A DNA stretch of 63,300 nucleotides, counting the filler, from Bigelowiella natans CCMP2755 (Eukaryota; Protista; Cercozoa): assembly GCA_000320545.1 (NCBI GenBank). It is 4 parts of 4 records of this genome, joined end to end, with 100 filler letters (N's around TTAATTAATTAA, not from the genome) between each part and the next. Parts side by side here need not be neighbours in the genome. Positions count along the whole stretch, not along the records: positions 1 to 29,226 come from ADNK01002294.1; positions 29,327 to 59,996 come from ADNK01002879.1; 2 more parts are not named here. The stretch is one strand, 5' to 3'. The position numbers and the translations under genes are program-made. Positions within the stretch are counted from its first letter, which is position 1; the number at the start of each line of letters is the position of its first letter. Shown piece after piece: positions 27,075-40,000 of this stretch. The notes beneath the pieces were generated by a model that was not told the DNA's origin, made no database searches, and worked only from the letters and a program-made list of their open reading frames with translations.

Positions 27075-27500
27075 GAGGATGCAGCATGGCCAGTTTCAAT
27101 GCAAATAAATCTTTTTTGCTGTCTTCTCCAGGGCCTGAATTCGTTCGAAGCACGCAGCTTTACAGTCGACCAAATAACGAGGAAGTTCGGCAAATTACTC
27201 GGCTCCTCCTCCGTAAACATTATAGAGGGCGAAGATGGCGACGGAGGCATCATGGGAGGAGGGGGTTGGTATGGCAATGATGAGAATGACGACAACGTAT
27301 TTCGTGCTCTGACCAATGCGCCGGCCGTTCCATTTATGGGGAAGATTGACATCGGGCCTATCGATCTGAGTAGTGTGGAAAATAATAATAATAATGATGA
27401 TGATGATGATGATGATAATGAGTACAACATAAAATCGTAACAATAGCACAAATTGCGCCGATTGGGCTTTTCTTTTGTTCGTTCATACGGTGTTGAGGTT

Positions 27501-27594
<94 letters not shown>

Positions 27595-28443
27595 GTGCGC
27601 TCGTGATGATGCAAATGCTCGTTTCTAGTAAGCTCATCCAAGATGTTATCTTCAAATGAAAGACGAAATCCTCTCTCTTCTTCTTCTTCTTCTTCTTCTT
27701 CACCTTCCTCATCGTTTTCTTCTTCTTCTTTTCTTCGCCTGTCTCATAACCTTCAGGCGTGCTATCGTATGAAGGGCTTGAAGACCCTTTATTGGAGAAC
27801 ATGATGAGCTCTGCTTATGATGACGACGACGACGAAGAAGAAGAAGAAGATCATCAGCAGCAACGCGATGGCGACATGCAAGTTATCGAGGCTGCAGGCA
27901 GCAAGGGGTCATTATCAGCATCACCCCCCGCTGACAGTGGCAGTGATAGTAGGATAGGGGGGGGGGGGACTCTCCAGTCATCATTAGCAGCAGCCAGCAA
28001 GACGTCATCTCGCCCCCCCTCCCTTCCCAGGAGCCTGGAGGGATTGAAATTGTTGGAGGACCCCAGATGGACACATCGTTTCTGAGCGACATCTACAGGG
28101 GGGGGAGGGGTAAGTCCCGTAGTCGGGGCGGAATCTCCCGTAATAGCAATAGATTTAGACCATCCTCATCCTCCTCCTCATCATCATCACGGCGGGGGCG
28201 GAAAAGGGGGGGGGGGGGCGATCTGAACCCGCTCTCCTCATTTCTCTCCGATGACGAAGAGGGGGAGGAGGGGGAAGGGTGGATGTTTGACGAGGATGAC
28301 GATGACGAGATGGTTCAGGAGGCCAGCCTGCAAATTGTTGGAATAGCCGCTCAGAAGACAAATCCTGATACGGTAGTACTGGAAGGCCATGTATATGTGT
28401 GTGTATTATGTGTGCGTATTTGCTGTATCTCTCCCTCCCTCTC

Positions 28444-28517
<74 letters not shown>

Positions 28518-29226
28518 TGTAGAAGATCCATTCTCCCGCCCTTACTATTCCTCAATCATCATCACCATCACCATCACCACCACCACCACCATCATGATCA
28601 TCATCATCATCAATAGGTGAAGGGGCAGCTCTTGTGGCAAGTAGTTGTGCGTGAGGAGCGCTCCTTACGCCACCAGCACAACAACAACAACAACAACAAC
28701 AACCCAGACAAAGCCGATCACGAGGATGCTAGTGATCACAGTACCAGCAGCAGTAGCAGTAGCAGTAGCAGTGGTACCTCCCCCACTACGTCGTCATCGT
28801 CTTCTTCTTCTTCTTCTTCTTCCTCCCCAAAAGAGCCAATACAGCATGGAGAGCAGCAGCCAAGCGATACCGCTGCTCCTGCACTAGAGCATCCATTTTC
28901 ATCATCGCCACCACCACCGGCGGCAGCGCGTAAGTCCTCCCCCGCCCCCTCCACAAATAGAGGAGGAGGAGAAGGAGAAGGAGGAGGAGGGGTAGGCGGT
29001 GGCGCTCGCAAGTCTAAGTTTCGTCGACGGCTCACACAGCAGGCAATGGCCTTTGCAGGGTCTATTGCCACGCTCTCTGCGAGCAGCCGATGCCCCTGAG
29101 ACATGCAGCCGCTTGTAGTTGTTCTGCCAGATACTAGCGCTGTGGACGAAGAGCAGCGCCGTAGGCAGGCGAGAGGGGGGGGGGGGGTAGACGGCCGGAT
29201 CTGCAGGTCCGTGCTGCCTCATCTCG
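25298..29226 (+). CDS. Multi-exon low-complexity hypothetical protein with an N-terminal hydrophobic (signal/anchor) segment; truncated by a gap
   Basis: ORF 25298 has RRFITLALFTTLVGLIGVLP followed by a basic/Ser-Thr-rich stretch. Further exons include PLFPPSWKEWLRLAKEKE.., GLNSFEARSFTVDQITRKFG.., VLSYEGLEDPLLENMM.. and VKGQLLWQVVVREER. No family recognised. Confidence 0.5.
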
Positions 29227-29326
29227 NNNNNNNNNNNNNNNNNNNNNNNNNNNNNNNNNNNNNNNNNNNNTTAATTAATTAANNNNNNNNNNNNNNNNNN
29301 NNNNNNNNNNNNNNNNNNNNNNNNNN
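29227..29326. other. Assembly gap/contig linker (N44-TTAATTAATTAA-N44)
   Basis: 100-nt block with a linker carrying stops in all frames; identical at three places in the window. Confidence 0.97.
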
Positions 29327-29359
29327 AACCCCCCCCCCCCCCCCCCGCCCTTACTAATA

Positions 29360-29402
<43 letters not shown>

Positions 29403-29514
29403 ATGTGTGTGTGTATGCGTGTGTTTGCGATCGGAATCATACTCTACATATTTATATACAGATATACATATATATATGTTTATTTATTTATTTATTTATA
29501 TGTATGTTTTTAAA

Positions 29515-29603
29515 AGCAAATGGGTATGGCCTCACGCCCTGTGGAAGGCACACTCGTAAGCAGCAAGGCTGTGGATTCGGTAGTAATTAACTACGAATCT
29601 CCA

Positions 29604-29634
<31 letters not shown>

Positions 29635-29788
29635 GCGCACACACACACACACATCCACATATGCCACTGCTCGTGAAAACATGAACCCAACCATCACACG
29701 CTGCTAGACCACACATGAAGAATTACGCTTACGCATTGATGCGTGTACCCAGGAGCTCGAAGCGATGAAGAACCAGTTGAAAAAGTAA
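29515..29788 (+). CDS. Probable last two exons of a gene cut by the gap (coiled-coil-like C-terminus)
   Basis: QMGMASRPVEGTLVSSKAVDS|gtagta and EELRLRIDACTQELEAMKNQLKK* (TAA ends at 29788). Confidence 0.35.
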
Positions 29789-29859
29789 GGGGGTGAAGCT
29801 AGGATTAACGCCCCTTGAAACTGTTCTACAGTGATGAGACATGAGCGCGTCTTTGTTCT

Positions 29860-32036
29860 CTGACTCGCAAAGACCTAAAGATTTCTTGATCAAGATTGAC
29901 TATAATTTTCATGTTGTAGGGCTTTGCCTGTCATTGTCCATGTTGGTTGTGATGTGTGGCATAGCATTGAACGCTGCAGTGCTTCATGTGTGGAGTTTCG
30001 CATACAATCTAGACAATGCGCACAATGCTGCTAGCGTGCTGTGCGCAACTGTGGCCTGTGGCGTCGCATCACACTAGCACAATGAAGGCAAGTTCCTAAA
30101 TTTAGCAGTGCATGAATGCTGCAGCAAAACAGGCCAAGAGACCATGTGCGGTTGTAGCTAGGTAGGTGCGTTATCATCCTAGCATGGCTGTGATGGGCAC
30201 ACAAACTGTCCATCAAACATGTGACTTCTTGCTTTGTCATTGCACATCTGATTTCATTGTTAGAAAATCTAGCTGGTTAGAAATGGCATTCTCGTTGCAA
30301 GCGCGCGCTCATCGATCTAGCGATCACTGCTGCAGCACATTCATTGAGACGACGCATGCCAGCATGCTGCGCGGACGAGCACAGATCGAGAACGAGGGGT
30401 ATCCATTAGTCTGGGCTAGCTGGGGCAGCTGGGCTAGCAGGGCTAGCAAGGGTCTAGGGGTCACTGTTCACCGTGAACACATCGCCTAGCTAGCTAGCTC
30501 TAGAGCTAGCTAGACACAGTACCGAGTGTTTCCATGGATTTTTTTTGGCCATGGTGGCACGATGAAAGTGTGATGAATGAAAACGTGTGCCCATTGATGT
30601 GATTAGCCAACAGATGCGCTGCTGGCTGATGCTTGCATTGCACGTCAATGCAATCAATGCTCATTGAAAACAAAACACTAAAACCCTGATGATGAAAATA
30701 CATTGTGAGGAGCTTGAGCATGCATGCCAAAACAAGCTCCCAAGAGGACATTACCGCTCGCACGCGGGTCTTTTAACTTTGCCGCTCGCACGCGGGTCTT
30801 TTGACTTTTGCGCGTGCGTTTCACTTTGCTTCAACTAGCTCAGTTGAACACATCACATCACGCTATTTTCAGATTGAAAAAACAACATTTTTTTCCCAAC
30901 ATCATTTCGCTGACTTGTGCTGCAAAGTTCCCTTTTGCAACCCAACTTTTTCCATGTCGCACTGGCCCAAGCGGGGCCAAAATGCCAAAACTTACTAACT
31001 ACTTTCGTACTGGCCCAAGCGGGGCCAAAATGCTAAACTTACTAACTTATTTTGTCCCCCCAGCATGATCTAACACACTACTGCTAAAACTAAACTACAT
31101 CACAAATGCAAGCACACGCTTGGTGGTCATGACCGACCACAATTGATGAAGGCAATGGCGCGAAGTGCACATCGATTGCTGCTTGCATGCCCGTGAGACG
31201 CATCGCTTCATGATTCGCTCCCTCCATGCGACTGGGCAGTGAGATGGCGTTTTGCTGTCGCAATGGATGGCCCTCCTTTTGTTCACGGAGAGAACATCAG
31301 AGTGTAGGAAGAATGCATGCTGAAGCTAAGAAGATCAATGCAGATCAGCTGGCTGGACGATGTGCTGCGCTAAGTGGGCAAATCTTGATTGAGACGCGCT
31401 TGCAGATTGACGAGTCCTGATGATGTCAGCAGCCACGCTAGTGTGGCCCTGTGCAACGCCGAAGTGCTTACTCATTGGGCATGCGCATTGTGATTTGCTT
31501 GTTCATTTGAAGTCAACTGACAGGAGAAAATGATGCATTTGTTGTTGGACACGATTGTTGCGCTGATGCATGGTCAGATTGAGAAAATAATCATGAAACG
31601 ACTTATCTGCAGACTGCTCTATGCTAGCTGTGCACATCTATGAAGCCAACTGCACGTCGCAATTTGTGGATGGACGCTTGGCCGGTGCAGCGCAACTGTC
31701 ATCATGTAAGAATGGGTGCACTTGCGCTACATCTTGCCCCATTGGCATGCTTGCACTGCCACACATTCTGCCATTAGCATTGTTAGCAAACTCACCACAG
31801 TGTATGATGAAATCAGTCAACAGGCACATGCCAATTTTAAACAATTTGTCGCGCACCGCTCGTGCCAACAGTGTTGCATTCGCTCACATCTGTCGGCACT
31901 CAAAGATCATTGCACCACAGGTTGACCGAACTACAGGAGGGAGTCAGCTTCTTCTTGAAGGAGGGCAAGCCCAATCTCATCATCATACCTGTAACAAATG
32001 ATGTTTCACCAAAGGCCACAGTGTCTAGTTCATGGC

Positions 32037-32077
<41 letters not shown>

Positions 32078-32230
32078 GACGTGCAATGAACCATGCTAGC
32101 ATGTCTGCAGTTTCAAAAACATTTTGTTGCTCGAATGCGCAAACCAGCAGGATTCGGTTCACCTTGTGTCATTGTTGAGACTGTGCCCATTTCCTGTGTA
32201 ATGAATGCAAAACGAAAACATTCTTAGAAT
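29860..32230. repeat. Degenerate transposon-like block, strongly TpA-depleted, with short internal tandem duplications
   Basis: Rich in catg/tgca/ctag. Contains a 28-bp tandem pair at 30751-30809 and a ~49-bp pair at 30958-31050, plus decayed coding-like sequence at 31280-32040. Confidence 0.55.
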
Positions 32231-32249
32231 GCTGAGACACAATCGAACA

Positions 32250-35200
32250 CTACGAGAAGAGAATAACACCTGAGTATTCTCTTAGAATGTGCTCGAATCC
32301 CAGCTTTTGCAGACCCACTTTACATTCTGCGACCACCTCATGAGCGATGTTGCTTCTTGAATTCAAATAGCTTCGGAGCTTCCTCGTAATTCTTCCATGC
32401 TTGGCAGCACGATATTGTTCTTCTGTTCCAAAGTAACCTCCACTATTTTTGTTGTTGGCACATTCTCTCACATGTTCATGAGCGTCTTCACCACAATCAA
32501 CCAAGTCCCAAGCGCAGAAACCACAACCACAATTGTCACACTTGAGAGCAAAACAACCCGTGAAGCCCATGAACCCAACCTGCATAAATAAATGTTTTAT
32601 TTTTTCTGGAGTATTCAACGCTGCTAAGTGAGATCAACGCGGGAGACAAAAGTGTTTCGTTAAAAGTCTAGAACCTTGCATCGTGGACATGAATCTAAAG
32701 CCTCGACACCCCAATAGTCCGGATGATCCACTGATTTTGTCTTGTCCCCTAGAAAGTGGGCAGTTGAGAATTCGTTAAACAAGCAAGGTCGATTGGTATT
32801 TTTAAAGGGGCCAATTTGGTATCTTTAAAATGGACATATCTAGACCTCCGAAGCTAAAGAGAATGTGCGTCTCGATGTGAAGGCGAGCTTGGTACACCTC
32901 CCGCTTCTTTTTATCAAGCCTCTTGAATTTCTATAATGCCAAATAATTCAAAATCATTCAGATTCGACTAAAAGATAGAGGTAAGGTCTTTATTACCTCC
33001 AACTCCGCAGCAAGCTCATCTTTGTAGTTCTTCTCTAATTTCTTTGTCAATTTCATTTCTGCTAGTTTTTTCTTCGTGTTCACATATATCTGAAAGACTT
33101 CAGGAGTCGTATGAAGGGCCACCTCCAGATCTGAGTTAGATTGTGATTTAAACGTGTACCTTTTTATTTTTCACTATCCCAATGCTGACACCAGCCAGCA
33201 ACTCAAAGGAAATTACCTGTGAAAGGCTGACTGTTGCACCTTTTGTCCTTTCCATATGACAGAGGACACCTGTATACGTACACACTTTTCACACTATGTG
33301 ACGAACATTGGATTGTAAATTGCACTTTGGCGCACCCTACAAAGCCGTTACGCTCGACCAGCTTATAGGTCTCGCTGTCATTTGAGAATGCCCGGACAAA
33401 GTGATTGAAAGCTGATCAGAACGTAAGGATTCATTAGCATGACTGGAGCATTTCATTTTCTAACAATGAGAACCTTCATGGCAAGTGAAATGAGGAAGTC
33501 CATTAGCGTTCGAGCACATGATGCCTTCAGATAGGCTGTGCTGGGTGAAGGTAGATGAACATGTGCGTGTCGGCTCAACCCCTGCGTCACTGAAGACCTT
33601 GTGCGTGAGTATCTGAGCAGCAGACGGCCTCCGTGCATCGTTGTGTGGACTGCGACTCCCTGATGAAGCTTTAATAGGCTTTAGGAGAGCAACCAAGATT
33701 TGGGCCTGATCGGGCGTGATCAGTTTTTCCGAACGAGTTCTCTGAACATCCTTCACAGTCAAAAGCATTCTTCCCGAAAGAGCATAGCCCATTGTAATCG
33801 CAAATGAGTACATATCAGAGCTTGGCGACGGCGGCAACTTTCCTGCTAACACTTGTGGGTCAATGAATCCATGAGTTCCGTACACCTTCGTGGTAGTATT
33901 ACCTAACGATAATTCGTCATTTTTCTTCACTTTGCAAGTATCAAAGTCTGCAATCACCGCATACTCAGGATCATCTACGGTCACTTTTTCCTCCGCGTTG
34001 CTCTTGCAGGAGCCAACCGGAGGTCCGATCAAGATGTTAGCAGGTTTGAGATCACGGTGCACAACACCAGCATGGTGTAGAAACTGTAGTCCTTCCAGTA
34101 CCCCTTTTAACATCCTGATGCATTTTTGATGATACACTTCTCTAGGAGTCTTCCCATTTTTCGTATTTGGACTGCTGTGTTTCGAGTCCAAGACAGCCTT
34201 CTGTTCTCTTTTGATCCAGCTTTGAAAGTCACTTTTGTAAAAAGGGATTTGTATGTACCACGAATCTTCATCCTTGCAGATTCCAGTCAACGGTACGATG
34301 TTGTGGTGATTCATTGACGCCATCACGTGACACGCGCGTCGTAGCTGCTTGAGCTTTTCACCGCTGGCATGGAACTGCTTGAGCACCACTTTGGTTTGTG
34401 AGGAGTCTTCACTTTTTAGCCCCTTTCTCTCATTGAGCTCTGTCTCATTGCGCCCCCACCTTTCCTGCTGAAGAATCTTGATGATCTGGGTATTTGAATG
34501 TCCCTGCGCCTTGCACACACGGATCACATCCATTTGACTTTTCTTATTGGCGAGACATTTTCTAATGATCGAGCGAAGTTCGCTCTTAGGCTTAGCAACC
34601 TTGGCCTCTTCGTTAGCAGCATCATCATCAGCAGCGCTTGCAACCGGCATCATTGAGGCAGTGGTGGCAACATAGAGATTTCTCTTTGAATGGCTGCCCT
34701 TAAGCGGCTGCAGGTTCTCATAGTGAAGTAAAGATCTAATTTCTATTCCGTTGGCTGTCGTTCCGGTCAAAGGGTTCATGTCGGGATACTTGTATAACAA
34801 TTCTGGCAAATGTTTTGACATTCGAAACAGCTGAGACCGCGCACGAAGCAGCTCTGGATTCTTTTGCATCTTTTTCATTTGTCCTTTAAGTTCCTGTACT
34901 CTGTCATCTATGCCATCATCATTGAAATCCAAGCTCTCTAGAGACTTGTCCTGGCGAGCGAAAGAATTGTTTTTGTGTAAGTCCTTAGATGCATCATCGG
35001 CAGAACGACAGCAAAGAAAAAATTTTCCTAACCTGAAGATCTTCGATTTTGCCTCTTAACTCCTTCCTCTTTTTACGAAACAAACGAATTGAATCCTCAT
35101 ATCTTTTCGACCCTTCTTCCGCCTTTCTGAAATTTGCAATGTGCTGCTGAAGACATTGGATCTGATTCTTTGAATCACGCAAACTACGGAGCCCACTGAC

Positions 35201-36475
35201 GCACGAGTTTTGGAACTCTTGTAATGCCAAAGAAATCTTAGCATGCATTTGGTTGGCTTCCCTTAGAATTGCTCCGAGAAAGGAATTCAGATCCCTTCTA
35301 AGCGATTCAATGGCGCAGGAAAATACTTTGCTAATTATCAATCCAGAGTAAAATTAGGCGTGTTCCCAGATTACAAAGGCTACGCTCCAATGTACCTTTT
35401 GTCAGCAACCTTCTCAGCTGCGGGTCGGCACTGAAGTGGCGTAGAGGAGCCTTTCCCCTCTAAGCACCATGTTATCTCCTGAAAACTTGGGTAGCTCAGG
35501 TCTAAACCCTTTTCAGGAAGTTTTGCATACACGTACACGTACCTGATACAGATTTTGCTCTTGATTTCGGGCATTCCAAACGTCCGACCATGCCTTTTTA
35601 GAGGACTCAAAACTGCATTCACATGTTTTTTGCAGCTCTGTGATCGGGGACACGTTCTTTAAATCAGGAGCTAAGCTACTGCAAATTTTCTCTATGCCTT
35701 TAACGTTTGCCATTACTGAACTGTGTACTGTTGCAAGACTCCTCTCTATTTTGGCATCTTTTTCCTTCAGTGCCTTTAGATCACCAATAGATTTGTCCAA
35801 GGCTACGAGGGATGCAGAAGCCTAGAAACAATGCAAGTTTGAATGCATTTACAAGCAACACACAAACAACCGCCAAAACCTTTTTATTGTTCTCCATATA
35901 AATTGTGGTCCGTTCCTTCATCAGTCTAGATATTTCTTTCTTGCAAGTCTTCTTTGCCTCAGAATCCTTCGCAAATTTCAAATTTTTTAATTGCGAGGCA
36001 AGAGACTTGTTTGGAGCTGCCATAACATTGTAGACTTTCCCCACATCCATAGTCCGATGGTAACTTAGATTTCTAAAATTGTAGATATTAATGACGAAAA
36101 TTTTCGGATAGTATTCACCCAACCTGTTTTCTTGTATCAACTCGTTCACGGTATTGTTTAATTGCGACAACTCGGAAAGTTTGGATACGACTCGGAGCTT
36201 GAGAAGGAAAAAATAATTCATCAGTGGAAGGCATGCCAAGATTTGGGTGTATATAGCTACCTGTTGCTTCTCACAACGAAGATATGACATAAATTCTTCA
36301 GCAAAGGATGCAAGTTGAATGCCTGAACTAGATTCTATCTAAACGATACAAATACCAAGTAGCACAAAACAAACAAAGGAACCTAATGAGTCTTTTTAAT
36401 TCGGGAAAATATTATTAATGCAATGCTGTGTTATTTATGAGTAAATGTGGGAGTCTCGATCAAAATTTATATATT

Positions 36476-36518
<43 letters not shown>

Positions 36519-36965
36519 TAATATTTGTATTCGACACAAAATCTCTACTCGCTTACGTCATGTTAGTTAGCTACTGCTGGCACTGGATGCTGGCGTTACA
36601 TCGTTTGATTATTAATGATAGGAGATTTACTACCCAGGGTAGATTGATATGTATACGTAAATATGTGTTTGCAAAAGTTATGCGGGTGTGCGTCTAAACA
36701 GAACAAATACGATGATTCAAATATAAATAACTTTGTAGAGCTCAGATACATTAGGAGAAGGATATTGAGAAAGATAGTGCTCGTGTGTGTGTTTGTGTTT
36801 GTGTGGTTTTGAGAAAAATAATGTGCTTATGAAACGGCTTCTTCTACGCCTTAGATCGTTCTATTCGGGCCTACCTTCTTCTGTGCGCATTTCAATTCCT
36901 CTTGTCTAACGAACAAGGATGTGGTCATTTACACACACACACACACACGCACACACACACATAAT

Positions 36966-37012
<47 letters not shown>

Positions 37013-40000
37013 CCAGACATGTGTATGTGATTGAGAGCGTGTCACAAAAATAAAGTAACATAAACGAAAGCTCTTTTCCGTCTTATCAAACTTCTTGCCT
37101 GGCTTTTTCCTCAGCTTCTTTGCGTCTCCTCTCCACCTCCTCGGCCTCTTGCTTTGCCTTCTTCTCAGCTTCTCTGCGTCTCCTCTCCACCTCTTCAGCT
37201 TCTTGTCTTAACTTCTGCTTAGCTTCTCTGCGTCTCCTCTCCACCTCCTTAGCTTCTTGCCTGGCCTTCTTCTCAACCTCATCACGAATTTTCTGAATCT
37301 TTTCATCATTGCGGAGAAAATGAACGATATCGTTATGACCTTGCTCGTTAGCCCAGTACAATGCGGTTGTGCCTAGGGCAAAAATCAAACTCAAGAGTGC
37401 GTGGCGAAACAACAGCAGTATCAACCACAATTAACAAGCCAAAACAACAACCCAACATCATCGAAAATTCCAACCACAAAACACTCAAACGACCTACTAG
37501 CAACCCGTAATAATATTGTGTACTTCTGCTACAACTACATCTACTACATCTACTACTATTTCTGTTACTCACTACTCAAAACTATTACTGATACCAATAT
37601 CACTACTGCTGCCAACGACAATCACCATCACCCACCCAACTCTGCATCTACTGCCTAAACGCTAGCAATACTGCAGCTGCTACCCACCGTTATTGTCATT
37701 CGCCTCGATGTTTGCCTTCATACCAACCAGGTACTTGACGGTCTCCAAATGACCATTATAAGATCCCAAAGTCAACGGCGTATCACCTGGTGGTATGCGA
37801 TCCCATTTTAGACGCAACAACAACAATGACGCTTGTGTGCGATATCAACAACCATCCTCAAACCAACATCTCATTAATTATTGAAAAACTAATATTACGA
37901 CCTTCACTAATATCAATACTTAGTTTTACCAATCCCTGCTATTCACTACTCAATGCTGATACAACCATTTCCCCTTGTACTCACTTCTCATAACTATTAC
38001 TGATACCAATATCACTACTGCCGCCAACAACAAGGACCATCACCGACCCAACACTGCAAATACTCTCTCGACGCTAGCAATACTGCAGCTGCTACCCATC
38101 GTCTTTGCCCTTCGCCTCGATGTTTGCCTTCATACCAACCAGGTACTTGACGGTCTCCAAATGGCCATTATAAGATCCCAAAGTCAACGGCGTATCACCT
38201 GGTGGTATGCGATCCCATTTTAGACGCAACAACAACAATGACGCTTGTGTGCGATATCAACAACCATCCTCAAACCAACATCTCATTAATTCTTGAAAAA
38301 CTAATATTACTACCTTTACTAATATCAATGCTCAGTTTACCAGTCCCTGCTACTCACTACTCAATGCTGATACAACTACTTCCCCTTGTACTCACTACTC
38401 AAAACTATTACTGATACCAATATCACTACTGCTGCCAACGACAATCACCATCACCCACCCAACTCTGCATCTACTGCCTAAACGCTAGCAATACTGCAGC
38501 TGCTACCCACCGTTATTGTCATTCGCCTCGATGTTTGCCTTTATACCAACCAGGTACTTGACGGTCTCCAAATGGCCATTATAAGATCCCAAAGTCAACG
38601 GCGTCCAACCTGGTGGTATGCAATCCCATTTTAGACGCAACAACATTAATGACGCTTGTATACAATATGAACAACCATCCTTAAACCAACACCTAATTTA
38701 TTTCTTAAAAACTAACAATACTACTTCTACTAATACCAAATGCACAGTATATCAGTCCCTGCTATTCACTACTCAATGCTGATACAACTACTTCCCCTTG
38801 TACTAACTTCTCATAACTATTACTGATACCAATATCACTACTGCCGCCAACAACAAGGACCATCACCGACCCAACACTGCATCTACTGCCTAAACGCTAG
38901 CAATACTGCAGCTGCTACCCACCGTTATTGTCATTCGCCTCGATGTTTGCCTTTATACCAACCAGGTACTTGACGGTCTCCAAATGGCCATTATAAGATC
39001 CCAAAGTCAACGGCGTCCAACCTGGTGGTATGCAATCCCATTTTAGACGCAACAACATTAATGACGCTTGTATACAATATGAACAACCATCCTTAAACCA
39101 ACACCTAATTTATTTCTTAAAAACTAACAATACTACTTCTACTAATACCAAATGCACAGTATATCAGTCCCTGCTATTCACTACTCAATGCTGATACAAC
39201 TACTTCCCCTTGTACTAACTTCTCATAACTATTACTGATACCAATATCACTACTGCCGCCAACAACAAGGACCATCACCGACCCAACACTGCAAATACTC
39301 TCTCGACGCTAGCAATACTGCAGCTGCTACCCACCGTCTTTGCCCTTCGCCTCGATGTTTGCCTTCATACCAACCAGGTACTTTACGGTCTCCAAATGGC
39401 CATTAACGGATCCCAAAGTCAACGGCGTCCAACCTGGTGGTATGCAATCCCATTTTAGACGCAACAACATTAATGACGCTTGTATACAATATGAACAACC
39501 ATCCTTAAACCAACATCTAATTTATTTCTTAAAAACTAACAATACTACTTCTACTAATACCAAATGCACAGTATATCAGTCCCTGCTATTCACTACTCAA
39601 TGCTGATACAACTATTTCTCCTTGTACTCACTGCTCAAAACTATTACTGATACCAATATCACTACTGCTACCAACAACAATGACCATCACCCACCCAACA
39701 CTGCAAATACTGCCTAAACGCTAGCAATACTGCAGCTGCTACCCACCGTCTTTGCCCTTCGCCTCGATATTTGCCTTCATACCAACCAGGTACTTTACGG
39801 TCTCCAAATGGCCATTAACGGATCCCAAAGTCAACGGCGTCCAACCTGGTGGCATGCAATCCCTTTTTAGACGGAAAAACAACAATGACACTTGTGTGCA
39901 ATAGCAGCAAGCATCCTCAAACCATCAACATCTAATGATTAACCTCTGCAAGTCTTTCAAGACCCATTCAAGACCAACGATGAACACTTACCCAAATCCA

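Noticed and set aside
29271-29282. TTAATTAATTAA motif repeated three times between N runs
   Set aside because: It is an artificial contig-joining linker, so adjacency across it may not be biological.
31930-32040. LIIIPVTNDVSPKATVSSSWH as a Ulp1/SENP (C48) protease remnant in the degenerate block
   Set aside because: The catalytic HW order is reversed and no Q..C motif was found; too weak without a profile search.
37560-39930. Regularly spaced repeats as a CRISPR-like array or satellite
   Set aside because: Units are ~412 bp with no unique spacers and contain spliceable ankyrin exons.
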